DNA of 64,000 nucleotides from NCBI RefSeq assembly GCF_988243305.1, contig NZ_OZ547136.1; one strand, 5' to 3'. Shown piece by piece: positions 57,725 to 64,000 of this stretch (position 1 is its first letter; each line of letters starts with the position of its first letter). The notes under the pieces were generated by a model. It saw only the letters and a program-made list of their open reading frames with translations, ran no database searches and was not told where the DNA came from. The position numbers and the translations under genes were made by a program.

Positions 57725-59089
57725 TTACGCTACGTCTTCGTACTGCGGAACCGGATTACGGAAACTCTTGGTGACGCAAGCCAGGTAAATCAGACCGATA
57801 GCCGCCCAGATCAGACCCAGAACCATTGAGCTTTCTTCCAGGTTAACCCACAGCGCACCAACGGTCAGCGCACCACACATCGGCAGGAACAGATACTGGA
57901 AGTGATCTTTCAGCGTCTTGTTACGCTTCTCACGGATCCAGAACTGCGAGATGACCGACAGGTTAACGAAGGTGAACGCCACCAACGCACCAAAGTTGAT
58001 CAGCGCTGTAGCCATTACCAGGTCGAAGTTGATTGCCAGCAAGGCAATCGCGCCAACCAGGATGATGTTCATCGCCGGAGTACGCCATTTCGGGTGTACA
58101 TAACCGAAGAAGCTTTTCGGGAATACGCCGTCACGCCCCATTACGTACATCAGACGCGCAACGCCTGCATGCGCCGCCATACCGGACGCCAGTACGGTAA
58201 TGGTGGAGAAGATCAGCGCACCAACCTGGAATGCTTTACCTGCAACATACAGCATGATTTCAGGCTGTGACGCATCCGGATCTTTAAAGCGAGAGATATC
58301 CGGGAAGTACAGCTGCAGGAAGTAAGTTGCAAAGATGAAGATCATGCCGCCAATCAGCGCGGTCAGGAAAATCGCACGCGGGATCACGCGCTCTGCATCT
58401 TTGGTTTCTTCCGACAGGTTGCTGATGCCGTCAAAGCCGGTAAAGGAGAAGCACAGGATTGTCGCCCCGGTAATCATCGGGATAACATGCGCATCGCCAG
58501 ACCAGAATGGACGAGTGCTCGCCAGCGTACCAGCGCCTTCACCTTCAAATACGCCATAAACAACCATGCCCAGAATCACCGCGATCAGCACTACCTGCAA
58601 CACGACGATTACAGTGTTGAAGTTCGCTACGGATTTCAGACTACGCAGGTTAAAGGCGGTCATAAAGGCCACCAGCGCCACCACAAACATCCACGATGGG
58701 ATGGAAGGCACCAGAGCTTCAAAATAAATTTTCGCCAGCAGAATGTTGATCATCGGCGCGAACAGATAGTCGAGCAGAGAAGACCAACCCACCATAAAGC
58801 CGACAGTCGGGCTAATGGATTTCTGGGCGTAAGTGTATGCAGAGCCAGCAGAAGGATAGCGGCGAACCAGCTTCCCGTAGCTCAGAGCCGTAAACAGGAT
58901 CGCAATCAATGCGAACGCATAGGCTGTCGGCACATGACCATCCGTGAGGCCTGAAACGATACCAAAAGTATCAAACAGCGTCATCGGCTGCATATAGGCA
59001 AGACCCATCATTACAACCGGAACTAACGTAAGCGTTTTACGCAATTCCACGCGAGAGGTGTTTGGAGTAACGTTATGCGACATGGTCAT
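57725..59089 (-). CDS. plaP: Putrescine importer PlaP (YeeF), APC family
   Basis: 12-TM APC amino-acid/polyamine permease; gene order. Confidence 0.85.
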   Translation of the reverse strand: MTMSHNVTPNTSRVELRKTLTLVPVVMMGLAYMQPMTLFDTFGIVSGLTDGHVPTAYAFALIAILFTALSYGKLVRRYPSAGSAYTYAQKSISPTVGFMVGWSSLLDYLFAPMINILLAKIYFEALVPSIPSWMFVVALVAFMTAFNLRSLKSVANFNTVIVVLQVVLIAVILGMVVYGVFEGEGAGTLASTRPFWSGDAHVIPMITGATILCFSFTGFDGISNLSEETKDAERVIPRAIFLTALIGGMIFIFATYFLQLYFPDISRFKDPDASQPEIMLYVAGKAFQVGALIFSTITVLASGMAAHAGVARLMYVMGRDGVFPKSFFGYVHPKWRTPAMNIILVGAIALLAINFDLVMATALINFGALVAFTFVNLSVISQFWIREKRNKTLKDHFQYLFLPMCGALTVGALWVNLEESSMVLGLIWAAIGLIYLACVTKSFRNPVPQYEDVA

Positions 59090-59349
59090 TCTCCTTTACG
59101 GTGATAACCGTCGCGTAAGCAAAAAATTGCCCCATTTTTTTGGATTCCTCAGCGACAACAACTGTCGATTTTTAGTAAATATCTATCCGGTACGAAGCCC
59201 GGCCTCTTGGTATGAATGATTGGTTTGAAGCAAAAAATAACCGACGCTGATGAAACGTCGGTTTTTAGTCATTTTTTGACAGCGGCGCATTGTGCCTAAA
59301 TGGGGGGGAAATGACAAGAGAATGAGAGGCTTGTCATAATAATTTTTCT

Positions 59350-60279
59350 TTAAATGGCTGATTTTCCGTCATCAGATTTTGCATAAACACCGGCGATCGC
59401 ACTATTTGCTAAAATTTCATCTCGCCACCAGCCGCTGGCAAGGCCTGCGGTCTGTTCGTTCCAGCCAATCCAGACGGGTTCAAAGAGAGTTTGGGCGACC
59501 ACTTTCTTCTCGATTAACGCGCCACTATCGAGAAACCGTTGCGCCAGATAACGGGGTAAATAGCCGCAGCCGAGGCCGCTAATTTGCAGCTCCAGCTTGG
59601 TTTTAAAATCGAAAACGGTAATGGCTTCTTGTTCGTCGAGAAGTTGTGAGGCCGTAGAAGCGCCTGCCTGCGCAGTATCCCCCACCACAATCGCCCGATA
59701 TCGCTTAATAATACGACGGTTTAACGGCTCTTCTTCCAGGGCTAACGGATGATGAGGCGCGACCGCAAAGACTTGTTCCAGATCGCCCAACCGTGAAAAA
59801 CCAAACTCACTGGAAGATGGTGGCTCATGCATCGCGCCAACAATAATATCCGCTCGCCCCTGAGTCAGGGCATCCCAGGAACCACCGAGTACGCCATTGA
59901 TAAACTTCAGGCGCGTCACGCTATGATGTTGATAAAAAGCTTCAATCAGTGGCGCAAGCAGAGAAAAAGGAAACGTGTCGTCCACGCCAATCACCAGCTC
60001 GTTTTCCCAGCCTTCATGCAGTTTGATCGCCTGCTTTTCCAGTTCTCGCACGGTATGCAGAACTTCCCGCCCTTTCTCTAATAACATTTTTCCGGTACGG
60101 GTGAATTTAGCGCGGTGACCGCTACGATCAAGCAATTGAATATTAAGGTCGCTTTCCAGCTTGTGAACGGTGTAACTCAGAGCGGACGGCGTCTTATAGA
60201 GTTTGGCCGACGCCGCCGCAAAACTGCCTTCTTTTTCTAAGGCATCGAGGATCATCAACACATCCAGCAGTGGTTTCAT
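59350..60279 (-). CDS. yeeY: LysR-type regulator YeeY (309 aa)
   Basis: ATG at MKPLLDVLMILDALEKEGSFAAASAKLYKTPSALSYTV (LysR HTH). Confidence 0.8.
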   Translation of the reverse strand: MKPLLDVLMILDALEKEGSFAAASAKLYKTPSALSYTVHKLESDLNIQLLDRSGHRAKFTRTGKMLLEKGREVLHTVRELEKQAIKLHEGWENELVIGVDDTFPFSLLAPLIEAFYQHHSVTRLKFINGVLGGSWDALTQGRADIIVGAMHEPPSSSEFGFSRLGDLEQVFAVAPHHPLALEEEPLNRRIIKRYRAIVVGDTAQAGASTASQLLDEQEAITVFDFKTKLELQISGLGCGYLPRYLAQRFLDSGALIEKKVVAQTLFEPVWIGWNEQTAGLASGWWRDEILANSAIAGVYAKSDDGKSAI

Positions 60280-60324
60280 ACACGCCCCCTTGCAGTGCAT
60301 GCGGCGTCCTGCTGGCGTGATCGT

Positions 60325-61149
60325 TTACTCCAGCGGCATTACCAGCGGATCGGGATACTGGTATTCAAATCCCAGTTCATTACAAATCCGACTGCCATCA
60401 ATAATCTTACCTTTGCCGCTGTCCAGACTATTTCTGAACTGCGGAGGCTCCAGCCCCAGTAAACGGGCCATCTGCGGATAGAAAACATTACGCGCAGGGT
60501 GAGCTGGCGCACATATATTATAGATGTGTCCGCCTTTAGGTGCCTGTAACAACAGAGTGATAGCGCCAATAACATCTTCTAAATGGACTAAATTAACACC
60601 ATGTTCACCATCAGGCGCGGTTTTTCCGGCAAAGAAGCGTCCGGGATGACGTCCCGGTCCGACCAGCCCCGCAAGACGCAGAATATCGACCGAAGTACCG
60701 GGTAAATTGTGCAGCCAGTCTTCGAGTTCTTCTAATACTCGTCCACTGTTGGTCACCGGATTACGCGGGGTGGTTTCTTTCACCGTGCCTTGCGCGTCGC
60801 CATAGACAGATGTTGAGCTGGTGAAAATAATGCGGGGAATACGATGGGCCAGCGCGCTATCCACTAACTCTTGTACCGCTTGTAAATAGAACTCATCGCC
60901 GGGGCCGCTACGACGTGCCGGAAGCGTAATGACCAGCGCGTCGGCATCCATCAGGGCATCCAGATCGTCAGAATCGCAAACTAGCTCAGGCTCCATGCGA
61001 AGCAGATAGCTATCAATGCCACTCATTCGGGCCGCTTCGACACCATCTTGTGTGGTTTTACTCCCGGTGACTTGCCAGCCTCGCGCTGAAAGTGACATCG
61101 CCAGCGGCATGCCTAACCACCCTAACCCGACAATTGCGACCTTTTTCAT
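60325..61149 (-). CDS. yeeZ: NAD-dependent epimerase/dehydratase-family protein YeeZ (274 aa)
   Basis: Rossmann N-terminus MKKVAIVGLGWLGMPLA. Confidence 0.8.
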   Translation of the reverse strand: MKKVAIVGLGWLGMPLAMSLSARGWQVTGSKTTQDGVEAARMSGIDSYLLRMEPELVCDSDDLDALMDADALVITLPARRSGPGDEFYLQAVQELVDSALAHRIPRIIFTSSTSVYGDAQGTVKETTPRNPVTNSGRVLEELEDWLHNLPGTSVDILRLAGLVGPGRHPGRFFAGKTAPDGEHGVNLVHLEDVIGAITLLLQAPKGGHIYNICAPAHPARNVFYPQMARLLGLEPPQFRNSLDSGKGKIIDGSRICNELGFEYQYPDPLVMPLE

Positions 61150-61231
61150 CCGTTATCTCCTGATACACCTTAGATCTATAAGGCTACGCTAGCGTATCAA
61201 AACTGACAATTCATTCTATGAATGAATCTGT

Positions 61232-61486
61232 TCAATAATGATAACGACATGCTGCAATGAGCAGTGAATCGTCGGTAACCGCGTATACCAGACGGTGCTC
61301 CTCTGTAATGCGTCGGGACCAGAAACCTGACAAATTATGTTTCAGGGGTTCTGGCTTCCCCTTACCTTCAAATGGCGTTCTGCGGGTATCTTTGATAAGT
61401 TCATTGATCTTTTTAACAATTCGCTTATCTGTTTCCTGCCAGTACAGATAATCGTCCCATGATTCCTCAGACCAGATTAGTTTCAC
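61232..61486 (-). CDS. yoeB: Toxin YoeB (mRNA interferase, 84 aa)
   Basis: [51 protein letters not shown]... Confidence 0.9.
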
Positions 61487-61734
61487 TCAATGATGTCCTT
61501 TTCCGTTCCTTTGCCAGATTTCAGGCTATCGATTGAGTCCATCAATCTCCGGGCGTTAGCGGGGGAGCGCAGTAGATAAGCCGTCTCTTCCAGCGAGTTG
61601 TATTCTTCGAGTGACATCAGAACACAAGCCTCTCCATTCTGACGAGTAATAAGGATCGGGGCATGATCTTCAACGGCTTTCATCATTGTTGCCGACAAAT
61701 TCTGACGCGCTTCGCTGTAGCTAATTGTACGCAT
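61483..61734 (-). CDS. yefM: Antitoxin YefM (83 aa)
   Basis: [41 protein letters not shown]...; stop overlaps yoeB start. Confidence 0.9.
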
Positions 61735-61744
61735 GTCAATCTCC

Positions 61745-61775
61745 TCTTTTGTACAGCTCATTGTACAATGATGGG
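61745..61775. promoter_or_regulatory. yefM-yoeB operator with TGTACA repeats
   Basis: TGTACAGCTCATTGTACAATGATGG immediately upstream of yefM start. Confidence 0.5.
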
Positions 61776-62015
61776 CGTTAATTAACTATTTATTAATTAG
61801 TTTGTAGATCAAGGTATTGTCAGTGAGACGAAAATCCAGGCTTCGCTATTTTTGGTGCCGTCAGCTTAGAGGACAGTCCTCTTAGCGCCCTCCTTTCCCC
61901 GCTCATTCATTAAACAAATCCATTGCCATAAAATATATAAAAAAGCCCTTGCTTTCTAACGTGAAAGTGGTTTAGGTTAAAGACATCAGTTGAATAAACA
62001 TTCACAGAGACTTTT

Positions 62016-62066
62016 ATGACACGCGTTCAATTTAAACACCACCATCATCACCATCATCCTGACTAG
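62016..62066 (+). CDS. hisL: his operon leader peptide (MTRVQFKHHHHHHHPD)
   Basis: 16-codon ORF with seven consecutive His codons. Confidence 0.9.
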   Translation: MTRVQFKHHHHHHHPD

Positions 62067-62129
62067 TCTTTCAGGCGATGTGTGCTGGAAGACATTCAGA
62101 TCTTCCAGTGGTGCATGAACGCATGAGAA

Positions 62130-62166
62130 AGCCCCCGGAAGATCACCTTCCGGGGGCTTTTTTATT
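62130..62166 (+). terminator. his attenuator terminator
   Basis: AGCCCCCGGAAG-ATCA-CCTTCCGGGGGCT followed by TTTTTTTATT. Confidence 0.8.
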
Positions 62167-62211
62167 GCGCGGTTGATAACGATTCAGACAGGTTTAAAGA
62201 GGAATAACAAA

Positions 62212-63111
62212 ATGACAGACAACACTCGTTTACGCATAGCTATGCAGAAATCCGGCCGTTTAAGTGATGACTCACGCGAATTGCTGGCGCGCTGTGGCAT
62301 TAAAATTAATCTTCACACCCAGCGCCTGATCGCGATGGCAGAAAACATGCCGATTGATATTCTGCGCGTGCGTGACGACGACATTCCCGGTCTGGTAATG
62401 GATGGCGTGGTAGACCTTGGGATTATCGGCGAAAACGTGCTGGAAGAAGAGCTGCTTAACCGCCGCGCCCAGGGTGAAGATCCGCGCTACTTTACCTTGC
62501 GTCGTCTGGATTTCGGCGGCTGCCGCCTTTCGCTGGCAACGCCGGTTGATGAAGCCTGGGACGGCCCGCTCTCCTTAAATGGTAAACGTATCGCCACCTC
62601 TTATCCTCACCTGCTCAAGCGTTATCTCGACCAGAAAGGCATCTCTTTTAAATCCTGCTTACTGAACGGTTCTGTTGAAGTCGCCCCGCGTGCCGGACTG
62701 GCGGATGCGATTTGCGATCTGGTTTCCACCGGTGCCACGCTGGAAGCAAACGGCCTGCGCGAAGTCGAAGTTATCTATCGCTCGAAAGCCTGCCTGATAC
62801 AACGCGATGGCGAAATGGAAGAATCCAAACAGCAACTGATCGACAAACTGCTGACCCGTATTCAGGGTGTGATCCAGGCGCGCGAATCAAAATACATCAT
62901 GATGCACGCACCGACCGAACGTCTGGATGAAGTCATCGCCCTGCTGCCAGGTGCCGAACGCCCAACCATTCTGCCGCTGGCGGGTGACCAACAACGCGTA
63001 GCGATGCACATGGTCAGTAGCGAAACCCTGTTCTGGGAAACGATGGAAAAACTTAAAGCGCTGGGTGCCAGTTCAATCCTGGTCCTGCCGATTGAGAAGA
63101 TGATGGAGTGA
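62212..63111 (+). CDS. hisG: ATP phosphoribosyltransferase HisG (299 aa)
   Basis: ATG at [21 protein letters not shown]; track ORF has 13-codon upstream extension. Confidence 0.9.
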
Positions 63112-63115
63112 TCGC

Positions 63116-64000
63116 CATGAGCTTTAACACAATCATTGACTGGAATAGCTGTACTGCGGAGCAACAACGCCAGCTGTTAATGCGCCCGGCGATCTCCGCT
63201 TCTGAAAGCATTACCCGCACCGTTAACGATATTCTCGATAACGTGAAAGCACGCGGCGATGAGGCCCTGCGGGAATACAGCGCGAAGTTTGATAAAACCA
63301 CGGTTACCGCGCTGAAGGTGTCTGCTGAGGAGATCGCCGCCGCCAGCGAACGCCTTAGCGACGAGATAAAACAGGCGATGGCGGTGGCAGTAAAAAATAT
63401 TGAAACCTTCCACACTGCGCAAAAACTGCCGCCGGTAGATGTAGAAACGCAGCCAGGCGTGCGTTGCCAGCAGGTCACGCGCCCGGTCGCTTCAGTTGGG
63501 TTGTATATTCCTGGCGGCTCCGCCCCGCTCTTCTCAACGGTATTAATGCTGGCAACTCCGGCGCGTATTGCGGGCTGTAAAAAAGTGGTGCTGTGCTCAC
63601 CGCCGCCGATTGCCGATGAGATCCTTTATGCGGCGCAGCTGTGCGGTGTACAGGACGTGTTTAACGTCGGCGGCGCACAGGCCATTGCCGCACTGGCGTT
63701 TGGTACGGAATCTGTGCCGAAAGTGGACAAAATCTTCGGGCCGGGTAACGCCTTTGTCACCGAGGCAAAACGTCAGGTGAGCCAGCGTCTGGACGGTGCG
63801 GCGATCGATATGCCCGCAGGCCCGTCGGAAGTGCTGGTGATTGCTGACAGCGGCGCTACGCCGGATTTCGTGGCTTCTGATTTGCTTTCTCAGGCTGAAC
63901 ACGGCCCGGACTCACAGGTGATTTTACTGACGCCCGATGCTGATATGGCGCGTCGCGTTGCCGAGGCCGTCGAACGCCAGTTGGCAGAACTGCCGCGTGC
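63116..64000 (+). CDS. hisD: Histidinol dehydrogenase HisD (3'-partial, runs past window end)
   Basis: ATG at 63116 ([30 protein letters not shown]...); frame open to nt 64000, so absent from the stop-bounded ORF track. Confidence 0.85.

Overview
Enterobacterial (Escherichia coli-like) chromosomal segment. Reading the + strand: the 3' end of the yersiniabactin High Pathogenicity Island (irp1 C-terminus, ybtU, ybtT, ybtE, fyuA); an AT-rich junction and a decayed yeeJ adhesin gene; core genes yeeL, shiA, amn, yeeN; three identical tRNA-Asn genes interleaved with yeeO, cbl and nac; ldtA, cobT, cobS, cobU; then a ~25 kb CP4-44-like accessory island. The island holds an IS1 with a perfect 9-bp target duplication, an IS911-like IS3-family element split by a group II intron, a cargo block (two Cys-rich paralogs, YfjJ-like, AlpA-like and unknown proteins), a YeeP-like GTPase, antigen 43 with its Dam/OxyR switch, a YeeR-like membrane protein, and an antirestriction/RadC/YeeT/CbeA-CbtA module. 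Downstream come yeeX, then yeeA interrupted by an IS621-like IS110-family element that carries its bridge-RNA leader, then sbmC, dacD, sbcB, yeeD, yeeE, plaP, yeeY, yeeZ, yoeB-yefM, hisL, hisG and the start of hisD. The most interesting items are the IS621-like insertion with its bridge RNA, the intron-in-IS nesting, and the uncharacterised Cys-rich gene pair. All calls come from reading the sequence and ORF translations against remembered protein families; no database search or folding was run, and hand-derived coordinates may be off by 1-2 nt.
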